DNA of 64,000 nt. It comes from Candidatus Heimdallarchaeum endolithica (GTDB taxonomy: Archaea > Asgardarchaeota > Heimdallarchaeia > Heimdallarchaeales > Heimdallarchaeaceae). Location of the stretch: assembly GCA_021513715.1 (NCBI GenBank), contig CP084167.1, positions 2,816,001 through 2,880,000 on the forward strand, written 5' to 3'. Position numbers and translations under genes: made by a program. Of the stretch, positions 10,067-18,819 are shown piece by piece (position 1 is the stretch's first letter; every line of letters starts with the position of its first letter). The notes under the pieces are model-generated. The model saw nothing but the letters and a program-made list of their open reading frames with translations, did no database searches and was not told the origin of the DNA.

Positions 10067-11461
10067 TTAGAGGTGCTTTAGAAATTCATCAATACCTCTT
10101 TCTATTCCTTGCATTAATAGATATCCTCTAGGTCCTTCTTTTGGAGTAATCTCTCCAGCAACAGGAGTTTGGATAATCTTTTTGACTTCTTTAATATCTC
10201 TTGTATGTCCAAGTGCCCAAATAAGTTTAGCATAAGCTGCTGAAGGTAACATATTAGCTCCTTCAATTACTCCCCTAGATAGCATCTCTCTTCCAGTCTC
10301 ATAAACTCGAAGATGCGTGTAACCAAAAAGAGGTTCGACAGTCATGACTACAGGAATTTCTTCCTCTTGACATCGTTCTAGAGCTGGATACATATCTGTT
10401 CCAACATGAGCTAGTCCTGTTCCAATTATTACAACTCCATGATAACCAAGATCTACCATTGATTCTAGTAGATCTGGTTTCATTCCAGGGTAGAAATATA
10501 ACATTCCAACTTTGTCATCAATTTTAGCATCTAAATAGAATTCGTCTCTTGGACCTCTGGGTTTGATATCCTTTCTGAACCAAGTTATCTCATTTTCATC
10601 CACTTTTCCTAAAGGAATATCTCCGATTGTACGAAACGCATCTCTTCTTGAACTATGCATCTTTCTTACTCTTGTTGCGCGATGGATAAGATTGTATGAG
10701 TCTGATGTACCTCCGTGCATACAAACTACTACTTCAGCAAAATTTTCATATCCTGCTAATCTTGCGGAGTAGAGAATGTTTTTTGGTCCATCAGAAGAAG
10801 GACGGTCAGAACTTCTTTGACTTCCTACTATCACAACTGGAATTGGTAGGTTTCTGAGAAAATAAGATAATGCAGAACCTGTATAAGCCATTGTATCCGT
10901 TCCATGGCCTATGATTATACCTTCTGCTCCTGATTCGATTTCTTTTGCAATTGATTCTGCTGTTTTTACCCAGAATTGGGGTTGAAAATTTTCACTTAGA
11001 ATTTGATAGAGGGTTTTTGGTGTTAAGTTTACTAAAGGAATTAACTCTGGTACTGCTGAAAAAAGTTCTTCTGGGGTAAAAGCTGGGATGACTGCTCCAG
11101 TTCGATAATCTAACCTCGAAGCTACTGTTCCTCCTGTTCCTAAAAGTGTAATATTAGGCAAATTTTCTTTAAATTCTGCATCTACAGAAGGAAGCTTGTA
11201 TTTTCCTTTTTTGTATCCAATTTCCTCTATTTTTGTATTATCATCAATAAATACTCCTAAATTGTAACCTGTATCAACCTTTAAAGTAACATATCTATCA
11301 TCAGTATTCAAGGATCGGGGAAGCAAGATACCCTCATATTTAGCTTCCCCCTTTGTAATTCTGATTTCTGCCCAAGTTCTAATCTTATCTTTTACTAATC
11401 TTTCTAGTAATTCTCCTCTGTAACCTTCTGGTGGTTCGTAATCTGTCTGTTTATCGTTCAT
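10067..11461 (-). CDS. gatD: Glutamyl-tRNA(Gln) amidotransferase subunit D
   Basis: TGGTVASRLDYRTGAV, HGTDTM, GSQRSSDRPSSD and RKMHSSRRDAF. Confidence 0.97.
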   Translation of the reverse strand: MNDKQTDYEPPEGYRGELLERLVKDKIRTWAEIRITKGEAKYEGILLPRSLNTDDRYVTLKVDTGYNLGVFIDDNTKIEEIGYKKGKYKLPSVDAEFKENLPNITLLGTGGTVASRLDYRTGAVIPAFTPEELFSAVPELIPLVNLTPKTLYQILSENFQPQFWVKTAESIAKEIESGAEGIIIGHGTDTMAYTGSALSYFLRNLPIPVVIVGSQRSSDRPSSDGPKNILYSARLAGYENFAEVVVCMHGGTSDSYNLIHRATRVRKMHSSRRDAFRTIGDIPLGKVDENEITWFRKDIKPRGPRDEFYLDAKIDDKVGMLYFYPGMKPDLLESMVDLGYHGVVIIGTGLAHVGTDMYPALERCQEEEIPVVMTVEPLFGYTHLRVYETGREMLSRGVIEGANMLPSAAYAKLIWALGHTRDIKEVKKIIQTPVAGEITPKEGPRGYLLMQGIERGIDEFLKHL

Positions 11462-13414
11462 TTATTTGACCTCCAAAAAATTTTCAATCATTTTAGCAAT
11501 TTTTCCCCCAGAAACACAATTATTCGTTTTTCTTATTATTCTAGCAACAAGATTAGGTAGAACAAGCTGAAAAGCCATATTTTTATTGCTAACATCTTCA
11601 AAAGAAAGGTTTTCTAATTCTTTTTTGATTAAATCCTCGAGCTCTTTCTTATTATACTGGGTAGAAAAGTGTTCTTTTATAGTTTCTTCAGTAGAATCAG
11701 GATTTTCTTGCAAATATTCCAATACACTATTCAGTTGCTCTCTATGTATTATCTCTTTTGATAGAAACTTTGCACACTTTTTAATAACTTCGTTTGTTAA
11801 TGGCGTATGCTTACGTCTAAATTCTCTTGGTTTTTCAATTAACAAAGTGTAAGCAACTCTTCCATCAAGCTTCAATTTATTAGTAAATTCAGAGAATAAT
11901 TCCAATCTATCATCTCTAATTAATAAATCAACTTGATTTTGTGTGAAATTGTATTTTCTACTTAATTCTTCAAATAATTCCCATGGCTTTACTCCTACTT
12001 CTTTCTTCCATTCTTTGAGTTTTTCAAGTTCAATTAAAATTGGTGGAGTATCAGTGTCAGGATAAATCCTGTCTTTACCGTGGATTACTCTTAAAAATTC
12101 ACTATTTCCATCAGGAGTTACTCTTCTTGTTTCTTGAGGGACACCATCAAGCGCTATTTTTACTCTCTCTATTATCTTTTTCAAAGCGTGCATACAAGCT
12201 TTCTCTGTTCCTTGAACAACAATAAAAGCATCTGTATCTTTTGTATTTAATAATGTTTGAATTTTTTGATATAATTCTTCATTTATAGGTATTCTACTAA
12301 ACCTGTTGTTGCGTTTTCTAACAGAATTTTCCTCAAATTCGTCACTGTGGAAATGATAATCTGTAGGAATTCCAGTGATTAACATGCTTTTCTCAAAAAT
12401 ATCAATTCCAAAATCCTTACCCGGTTGTATCTCTTTTCCAAATAAGTCCTTCATTTTAGGAAAGATTGTTGCAAAAACCTTTTTCTTTGGTGGGAGAGCA
12501 AAAAGGTGTGAAATGTCTACATATGTGTGTTCAAAATCCTCTTTCTTTAATCCTCTCTCTTGCATCTCTTTTTGTATTTCAATCAATGAATGCTGTCTAA
12601 CTACTTCTCTTCTACAGTATTGATCAAACATATGGATGTCTTGCACACCTTTCAATTCGACTCTGTCTCCACCTGTAATGCTAATGTTTACATCCTGTCT
12701 TACTGCTCCAATTCCTCTTCTACCAATCTTACTTATTCGGAGCACTCGACCAATTTGTAAGGCAGTTTCAATAAGCTCAGAAGGTGTATCAACATCTAAA
12801 TGGTCAGTAATAATTTCTGCAAGAGGAACACCTAGTCGATCAAGGTTGTAATAAACAGTTCTCTCTGAAGTGTCAAACCAATTGACTCTTCTAGCTGCAT
12901 CTTCTTCAACATGTAAATTGCTTATTCTAACTTTTTTTCCATTCTGCAAAGGAACATAACCATCTCTTGCAATAATAAATGTTCTTTGAAAACCCGTAGT
13001 GATACTGCCATCAAGATATTGTTTTCTATTAACAACTACCTCTTCAGCAAAAGCCTTACAATCAAAATAAAAAGCAAGAATAAACCCTTTTGTGATTGTT
13101 TCCATGTCTGGCATAAAAGGAGGAGTTTCATCCATCTCATATGTACAAGTGTTACGTTCGTTAGCATAATAAATAACCTTGTACCCCTTTTCATACTCAA
13201 TTAACATTCCTTCGTCAAAATCTCCCATTTCACCTAAAACAGGTCGAAAATAGCGATAAAAGCTATAATCGAAATTATGAGGGTCTTCTTCAAGAACAGG
13301 TTCACAATTACAGAATAACTTCCTTCTTGATTGAAGTTGATGGTGGACTTCAAGTCCAGCATGGAAACCTAATTTCCTAAAATCATCATCAGTTAAAGAA
13401 TCTGGGTCTATCAT
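11462..13414 (-). CDS. gatE: Glutamyl-tRNA(Gln) amidotransferase subunit E
   Basis: GLEVHHQL..KLFC, DGSITTGFQRT, EEDAAR, LDRLGVPL, RRGIGAVRQDVNISI and YPDTDTPP. Adjacent to gatD. Confidence 0.97.
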   Translation of the reverse strand: MIDPDSLTDDDFRKLGFHAGLEVHHQLQSRRKLFCNCEPVLEEDPHNFDYSFYRYFRPVLGEMGDFDEGMLIEYEKGYKVIYYANERNTCTYEMDETPPFMPDMETITKGFILAFYFDCKAFAEEVVVNRKQYLDGSITTGFQRTFIIARDGYVPLQNGKKVRISNLHVEEDAARRVNWFDTSERTVYYNLDRLGVPLAEIITDHLDVDTPSELIETALQIGRVLRISKIGRRGIGAVRQDVNISITGGDRVELKGVQDIHMFDQYCRREVVRQHSLIEIQKEMQERGLKKEDFEHTYVDISHLFALPPKKKVFATIFPKMKDLFGKEIQPGKDFGIDIFEKSMLITGIPTDYHFHSDEFEENSVRKRNNRFSRIPINEELYQKIQTLLNTKDTDAFIVVQGTEKACMHALKKIIERVKIALDGVPQETRRVTPDGNSEFLRVIHGKDRIYPDTDTPPILIELEKLKEWKKEVGVKPWELFEELSRKYNFTQNQVDLLIRDDRLELFSEFTNKLKLDGRVAYTLLIEKPREFRRKHTPLTNEVIKKCAKFLSKEIIHREQLNSVLEYLQENPDSTEETIKEHFSTQYNKKELEDLIKKELENLSFEDVSNKNMAFQLVLPNLVARIIRKTNNCVSGGKIAKMIENFLEVK

Positions 13415-13526
13415 ATTGACTGATTGAAAAAAAAACGTAGAGTTAAAAAGTTTTATTTAAGTATAATAAATTAAGATAAGAAAAATATAATACTAAAACT
13501 AAATTAAAAGGAAAGAATTTAATAAA

Positions 13527-13617
13527 TGGTGCCCCGTGCAGGATTTGAACCTGCCTCTATGGTTTTCTGCACTTATGGCCCCACAGACCACAATTCTAGC
13601 CGCTAAACTAACGGGGC
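13527..13617 (-). tRNA. tRNA-His(GUG) with 16-nt intron at 37/38 (13565-13580), encoded CCA, discriminator A73
   Basis: Acceptor GCCCCGT/ACGGGGC, anticodon stem GTGGT/ACCAT, loop CT-GTG-G^A, T arm GCAGG-TTCAAAT-CCTGC. Intron forms a BHB (CUGU/GCAG helix, GGG and AAA bulges). Confidence 0.93.
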
Positions 13618-13644
13618 AATGAGTATGTCTTTTTTTTTTTCTTC

Positions 13645-13660
13645 AGTTTATAAGATTTTT
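13645..13660 (-). promoter_or_regulatory. Putative BRE/TATA promoter of tRNA-His
   Basis: Minus strand AAAAATCTTATAAACT about 30 nt upstream of tRNA position 1. Confidence 0.45.
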
Positions 13661-13748
13661 CTTCATTAACTTTAAATTAATTGAATATAAGGTTTACAGT
13701 TTTAATTTCATTACTTTAAATTAAAAATCTTAAAAGAAAATACGTTCT

Positions 13749-13928
<180 letters not shown>

Positions 13929-13963
13929 GTTATTGTTTTTATGAGCAATAGGCTTTTTTTTTC

Positions 13964-13986
13964 CCCGTTTAAAAATCTTACTTTCA
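13964..13986 (-). promoter_or_regulatory. Putative BRE/TATA promoter of the 5S precursor
   Basis: Minus strand GAAAGTAAGATTTTTAAACGG about 40 nt upstream of the leader stem. A T-rich tract follows the trailer near 13730-13742. Confidence 0.35.
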
Positions 13987-14074
13987 ATTACTAATCTGCG
14001 CTTTTAGTCTTAAGAAAACTTTAAAGTTAAGCTATTACACACTGTTAAAAGGGAAGAAAATAAAGGTGTAACTA

Positions 14075-14593
14075 GTGCCGTGGTTAGAGGAAGTTTTACT
14101 TGGAGGAACTTTTGATCATCTGCATGATGGACATCGAGCTCTACTAGAATCTGCAATTAGCTTTGGCAAATTTGTAAGAGTAGGTGTGACTACAGATGCG
14201 TTTGCTCGTAGAATGAGAAAGACAGATAAGTATATTTCCTTGTTACAACCTTTAGAGGAAAGAAAGGCAAGTGTAAGGAAGTTTTTAGAATCTCGAGGAT
14301 GTACTAATTATGAAATTTTAGTTATAAATGATCGTTATGGTCCTGCTTTAAATTCAGAAAGTACAGAAGGAATAGTAGTGACAGAAGAGACTTATCCTAC
14401 CGCTGTAGAAATAAATAAGTTAAGAGCTATAAAGGGATTAGATCAACTTCTCATACTTGTTATTCCTTTTGTTTATGATGAACAAGGGTTAATTATTAGT
14501 TCTCGTAGAATAAGAAAACAATTATACTCTCAGCTCAAAAAAGACGGAAAAAATGATGCTAATAAGAGTCTATTAACGTTCAACGCTTTTTAA
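14075..14593 (+). CDS. coaD: Phosphopantetheine adenylyltransferase (archaeal/eukaryotic type)
   Basis: LGGTFDHLHDGH, INDRYGPA, GIVVTEET and ISSRRIR. Confidence 0.9.
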   Translation: MPWLEEVLLGGTFDHLHDGHRALLESAISFGKFVRVGVTTDAFARRMRKTDKYISLLQPLEERKASVRKFLESRGCTNYEILVINDRYGPALNSESTEGIVVTEETYPTAVEINKLRAIKGLDQLLILVIPFVYDEQGLIISSRRIRKQLYSQLKKDGKNDANKSLLTFNAF

Positions 14594-15094
14594 AATACTC
14601 TTACCCATTTGTAAAAATGCTTCAGCTACATTCTCACCTGTTTTTGCAGAAGTTTCAATGAATCCTATGCAACCATTTTTCTTTGCGAACTCTAATCCTT
14701 CTTCGTAAGAAACTTCTCTCATGTCTTCTAAATCATTCTTATTTCCTACTAATATCAGCATTATTCTAGGTGATTCAGTTTTAGCTTCATTGATCCATGT
14801 TTTTAAGTTATCAAATGTTTTTCTTCTTGTAATGTCATAAGTAATTAATGCTCCCAAAGATCCTTTGAAGAAAATCGTTCTCATTGATTGAAATCGTTCC
14901 TGTCCTGCAATATCCCATAATTGAAGTACTACTCTAGTACCATCAATGGTTTCAAAACGAGAGTAAGGTTCCATTCCAATCGTCATTAAATACCCACTTT
15001 GGAATTTACCGTGTATAAATCTTTGGACTAAGGACGTTTTTCCTACTGCCCCATCGCCTAGTAGAAGAATTTTGAATGTATATTTGTATGACAT
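14573..15094 (-). CDS. Rab-like small GTPase
   Basis: GDGAVGKT, TIG, WDIAGQERF, NKND and ETSAK. No C-terminal cysteine. Confidence 0.93.
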   Translation of the reverse strand: MSYKYTFKILLLGDGAVGKTSLVQRFIHGKFQSGYLMTIGMEPYSRFETIDGTRVVLQLWDIAGQERFQSMRTIFFKGSLGALITYDITRRKTFDNLKTWINEAKTESPRIMLILVGNKNDLEDMREVSYEEGLEFAKKNGCIGFIETSAKTGENVAEAFLQMGKSILKSVER

Positions 15095-15209
15095 TTCTTT
15101 AACCTTTTACTTACTTATTTCCCTTTTCTTTTTTCTTCTTTATTAGTTTTTCTTTAGTTTTTTCTCTACTAGCGAAAAGTATTTTTTTAGTTAAATCCAG
15201 AGCAAAGTA

Positions 15210-15689
15210 ATGTCTAAAGGTAAAATCATTGTTCAACTTCATAATTTTAGTTCGATAAACATCTGTACTGACTTTATTCAAACAGCTTCTGCAATAGGGG
15301 CTAAAGAAATAGTTTTTTCACAAGCTTCAGGTAGAGGAGCATCTACAGGAATACCTATGGGTCAAAAAGAGGCTATTAATAGAAAGGTAAACTTTTTCGT
15401 TTTTCAAGATATAACAGATACAATTGAACTATTAAAACCTGATGAAGTATATTTATTTATAAGAAAACCTTTTTCTAAAGAGGATTTTTCTTCAGAAAAA
15501 ATAACTGAATCTTATAAACAAGGAAAAACAATATTGTTAGTATTTGGAGGTTCTAAACCTGGTTTATCCAAAAAGGATCTGGAGTTAGGTACACCTGTAT
15601 ATTTTGAAGGTCTAAATGAACTGAGCTTAATAGGAGAATTAACATTAAGTTTGTATTTGATAAGAAAAGAAATTGAAAAAAGTGATTAG
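15210..15689 (+). CDS. DUF2122/SPOUT-like putative RNA methyltransferase
   Basis: LHNFSS, ASGRGASTGIP, ELLKPD and LVFGGSKPGLSKKDLELG resemble the archaeal DUF2122 SPOUT family. Confidence 0.7.
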   Translation: MSKGKIIVQLHNFSSINICTDFIQTASAIGAKEIVFSQASGRGASTGIPMGQKEAINRKVNFFVFQDITDTIELLKPDEVYLFIRKPFSKEDFSSEKITESYKQGKTILLVFGGSKPGLSKKDLELGTPVYFEGLNELSLIGELTLSLYLIRKEIEKSD

Positions 15690-16213
15690 GGAAATATTTC
15701 TTCATTACTGAACATTAATCGTGTAAGATTCAAAAAAGTTTTTTCAACATTAGTACCATCTTTTGCAGAGGTTAAAATATATTCAGCATGTTTATACTTA
15801 TCAGCGAGTTCTTTTATTTCATCTTCAGAAACTTCTAAATTGGGTAAATCACTTTTGTTTCCAACAATAATAACTGGTTTGTCTCCTACTACTTCTCTAA
15901 AGGAATCTATCCAACTGGGTAAATTCTCAATTGTTTTTCTATTGCAACGATCACAAATTGCTAGAGCTCCTTCTGAAGCAAAATAGTATTTACTTCTCAC
16001 TGCTTTAAAGACTGATTGACCTCCGATGTCCCATATAGCTAAATTAACGATTGTATCTATGTATTCTATTTCTTTTTTCATTATTGTTGTTCCTAAAGTA
16101 ATGATGTATGCAGGATTAAAGAGTCCTGTTACAAATCTTCTAACAATAGAGGTTTTTCCAACTCCTGCATCACCAATTAAAACAATCTTTTTTGTAACTT
16201 TCTTGTCTTTCAT
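15686..16213 (-). CDS. Rab-like small GTPase
   Basis: GDAGVGKT, TLG, WDIGGQ, NKSD and TSAK. Confidence 0.92.
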   Translation of the reverse strand: MKDKKVTKKIVLIGDAGVGKTSIVRRFVTGLFNPAYIITLGTTIMKKEIEYIDTIVNLAIWDIGGQSVFKAVRSKYYFASEGALAICDRCNRKTIENLPSWIDSFREVVGDKPVIIVGNKSDLPNLEVSEDEIKELADKYKHAEYILTSAKDGTNVEKTFLNLTRLMFSNEEIFP

Positions 16214-16271
16214 TTCGTTTATCCCTGTCTTGTAACTCTATTTGTTAATTCTATTAATAGTTTTCTTCTTT

Positions 16272-17126
16272 TTAAGAGTAGAATTTTACAGAAGAGTATC
16301 CTACAACACGTATTTTATCTCCTGCTGTATCGCCAGAAGAAGCATACTTTAATATTTTACTCTTTGTTCTACCTGTTTCTAAAGCTGCAGTTATTGTAGC
16401 TGCAATGGGTCCAGCCCCACACATTGTTACATTTTTGGATTGTTTAATATTATACATCTCATAAACATCCATCTGTTCAATGGCATTAAGAACTGCTAAA
16501 TCTTTTTCTTTCGCTCTTTCATATGGTTCTTGGTGTGTTAAATCAGAACTAGCTATTATAATAACTTCTTTGTTTTTACAAACTTTTGCTATGCTCTGCC
16601 CAAGTTTAATACTAGATTCTATGCTCTGATAAGTCATGGCTATAGGAACAAATTTGAACTTTTTTTCTCCAAATATATATTGAAGAAAAGGCAATTGAAC
16701 TTCTATTGAGTGTTCTCGATGATGAGCTAAATCACTTTCCCCAATATTTTCATTTTCATTAACTAACTCTTGTTTTACTTCCTTGTCAATAGAGACTATA
16801 CCCAACGGGGTTTCCCATTCTGTAATTCGTTCAACAGTAGCAATATCTGGACCAACTCCATAATGATTTGGACCGAGAATTATTACCGTTTCTGGGAGTT
16901 CGATTTTACTAAGTTCAAAATATGTCCAAGCTGCAATAGGGCCAGAATAAATATATCCTGCATGAGGAGCGACATAATACTCTAATTGTCTTTTTTCTCT
17001 ATTCTCTTTAATTGGAAAAGTTTGAGGGCCGACAGGACTACTAAAGCTTTTTTCTATAAGACTGACTAACTCATCTTTTCTAGATGGATAGAACATTCCA
17101 GCTACTGCTGCTGTTCTTTTTGTCAT
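16272..17126 (-). CDS. MEMO1-family protein (AmmeMemoRadiSam protein B)
   Basis: AVAGMFYP, PHAGYIYSG, LGPNH, EHSIEVQLPFLQ, SSDLTH, MCGAGP and VVGY. Confidence 0.95.
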   Translation of the reverse strand: MTKRTAAVAGMFYPSRKDELVSLIEKSFSSPVGPQTFPIKENREKRQLEYYVAPHAGYIYSGPIAAWTYFELSKIELPETVIILGPNHYGVGPDIATVERITEWETPLGIVSIDKEVKQELVNENENIGESDLAHHREHSIEVQLPFLQYIFGEKKFKFVPIAMTYQSIESSIKLGQSIAKVCKNKEVIIIASSDLTHQEPYERAKEKDLAVLNAIEQMDVYEMYNIKQSKNVTMCGAGPIAATITAALETGRTKSKILKYASSGDTAGDKIRVVGYSSVKFYS

Positions 17127-18726
17127 GAATAACTTTTTTTTACAAAATTTTTAAATGTTAGGGAAGAGGGAGAAAAAAAAAGAGAAAGACGGAGAAAAAA
17201 TAACGAGGGATGAATGGATGAATGAATGTAGGTTTTTATAGGAAAAAGAGTAATAGTAAATAAGGAAAAAAAGTAAATAAGTAAAGGAAAGAGTAAAGGG
17301 AATAAATGAAGGAAGAAGTAAGGGGAAAGAAGAATGGGAGTGAAAATAAGGAAGGAATGGATGGAAAAAACGATAAGATTGACCTTACTCCCGAGTAGAA
17401 AAAAGAGGAAAGACCTGAGAGATGCACAAGAAAAAGTAAGAGAGTTTGCCAATACCCTTATTCCATTCAAAAGAAGAGTAAAAACAGGCAAAGAATTCCA
17501 TCACCTGGTTTATTATAGGTTTAAATATTTAGGTTTTCACAGTCAATTGCAAGAAAATATTCAAAGAAGAGTCTATGCCACAAAGAAAGTAAGAAGATTT
17601 ACTCAATTTCCTTTAGAATTTAACTTTCCTCGAAGTGGAAAACTAGCCCAGACAGAAAGAGGGAACCCTGTTCTTTCCCTTTCTCCTTTAAAGGAAAGGA
17701 TAGCTATTCCTATTTTACAAGATGGGGGATGGAGAAAACTAAAAGAGTATGAACATAGAGGGTGGGAAGAACATAGTTGTAGAGTGTTCTATCACCGAAG
17801 AAAGAAAAAATGGGTGGTACATCTAAATATTAGAAAAAAACTTCCTCCTCCATCACAAGAAATAGAAGGAACAATAGGTGTAGATGTAGGAAGAAAAGTA
17901 GCTGCTGCAATAACACTCAACCACCCTTCTTTTCCACTAATAGAACGTTATTTAGGCAAAGATATTGTATGGAAACAGTATCAGTTTGCCAAAAGAAGAA
18001 GAAAACTGCAATCTTATAAAGATAAAGGAAGTAAAAAGGCACGGCGTGCATTAAAAAGATTAAAAATGAAAGAAAAAAATTATAACCAAACTCGTTGTGA
18101 GCAAATAGCTCACGAGATAGTAGATTTAGCAGTAACTACTCGTTCTGCTATAGTTATAGAAAATATTAAAGGAATAAAGAAAAAGTGGAGAAAAAGGCAC
18201 TCTTATGGAAGCAAAAGAAAACCAACTAAAAAAGTCAAGAAGTTACATTCTATTCGTCGAGAGTTAAACAGCTGGTCTTACAGTTATTTTCTCTCTTTTT
18301 TGACTTCTCTAGCTCAACAAAATCGTATCCCTGTTATTACTATTGATCCTCGTTACACCAGTCAGACTTGCTCCCGATGCGGTCATATCTCCAAAAAATC
18401 TCGTGTTACTCGTGGTCTTTATCGTTGTGTTTCTTGCGGTTTTGAAGTCAACAGTGACCGTAACGCTTCTCGTAATATCTCCTGGAAAGGTTTGTCTTCT
18501 CTCGGTTTATCTTTCTATAGTTCTTGGTCTTCCTCTTTCTCCTCTTTCTCTTCTTCCTTTTCTTCTTCTTTTCCGCGTGAGAGGAAAAACTTTCTTTTTC
18601 CGGTTTCCGTGGTCGAGGAGCGCTCAACCTTCTCCAATGGCTCAATGACTGGACCTGGTTCTTCTACCCCTCGTCCTTGAGAGCAAGATTGGCGTACAAA
18701 AAATTTTGTACAAAAATTAAGTTGAT
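17127..18726 (+). mobile_element. tnpB-only (IS200/IS605- or IS607-related) non-autonomous element, 1600 bp
   Basis: Ends defined by comparison with the copy at 29703-30055: left junction TCAT|GAA.A.CTTTTTT.TACA, right end ...TGTACAAAAATTAAGTTGAT|. No tnpA. Confidence 0.8.
17334..18680 (+). CDS. tnpB: RNA-guided endonuclease TnpB
   Basis: RuvC-I GVDVG, RuvC-II IVIENI, zinc finger TSQTCSRCG...CVSCG, RuvC-III NSDRNASRNI. Catalytic D-E-D intact. Confidence 0.95.
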   Translation: MGVKIRKEWMEKTIRLTLLPSRKKRKDLRDAQEKVREFANTLIPFKRRVKTGKEFHHLVYYRFKYLGFHSQLQENIQRRVYATKKVRRFTQFPLEFNFPRSGKLAQTERGNPVLSLSPLKERIAIPILQDGGWRKLKEYEHRGWEEHSCRVFYHRRKKKWVVHLNIRKKLPPPSQEIEGTIGVDVGRKVAAAITLNHPSFPLIERYLGKDIVWKQYQFAKRRRKLQSYKDKGSKKARRALKRLKMKEKNYNQTRCEQIAHEIVDLAVTTRSAIVIENIKGIKKKWRKRHSYGSKRKPTKKVKKLHSIRRELNSWSYSYFLSFLTSLAQQNRIPVITIDPRYTSQTCSRCGHISKKSRVTRGLYRCVSCGFEVNSDRNASRNISWKGLSSLGLSFYSSWSSSFSSFSSSFSSSFPRERKNFLFPVSVVEERSTFSNGSMTGPGSSTPRP

Positions 18727-18746
18727 AATGAAACTACTGTTTTTTT
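18573..18746 (+). ncRNA. TnpB omegaRNA (scaffold 18573-18726 plus about 20-nt flank-derived guide)
   Basis: Stems CCGCG/CGTGG, GGAG/CTCC and GCTC/GAGC. Loop TCAAC (18624-18628) can pseudoknot with terminal GTTGA (18721-18725). Conserved with covariation in the second copy. Confidence 0.75.
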
Positions 18747-18819
18747 ATTAAAAAATATTGCTCTTCATTTTGTTAAATATTCCAACAACAAAGAAGTCAA
18801 AGTTAGTAAATGAAGAAAA

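Noticed and set aside
17123-17491. Phe/Leu/Ser-rich minus-strand ORFs (17123-17491, 17236-17427), and ORFs 18343-18648 and 18448-18645
   Set aside because: By-products of the purine/pyrimidine-skewed tracts of the tnpB element.
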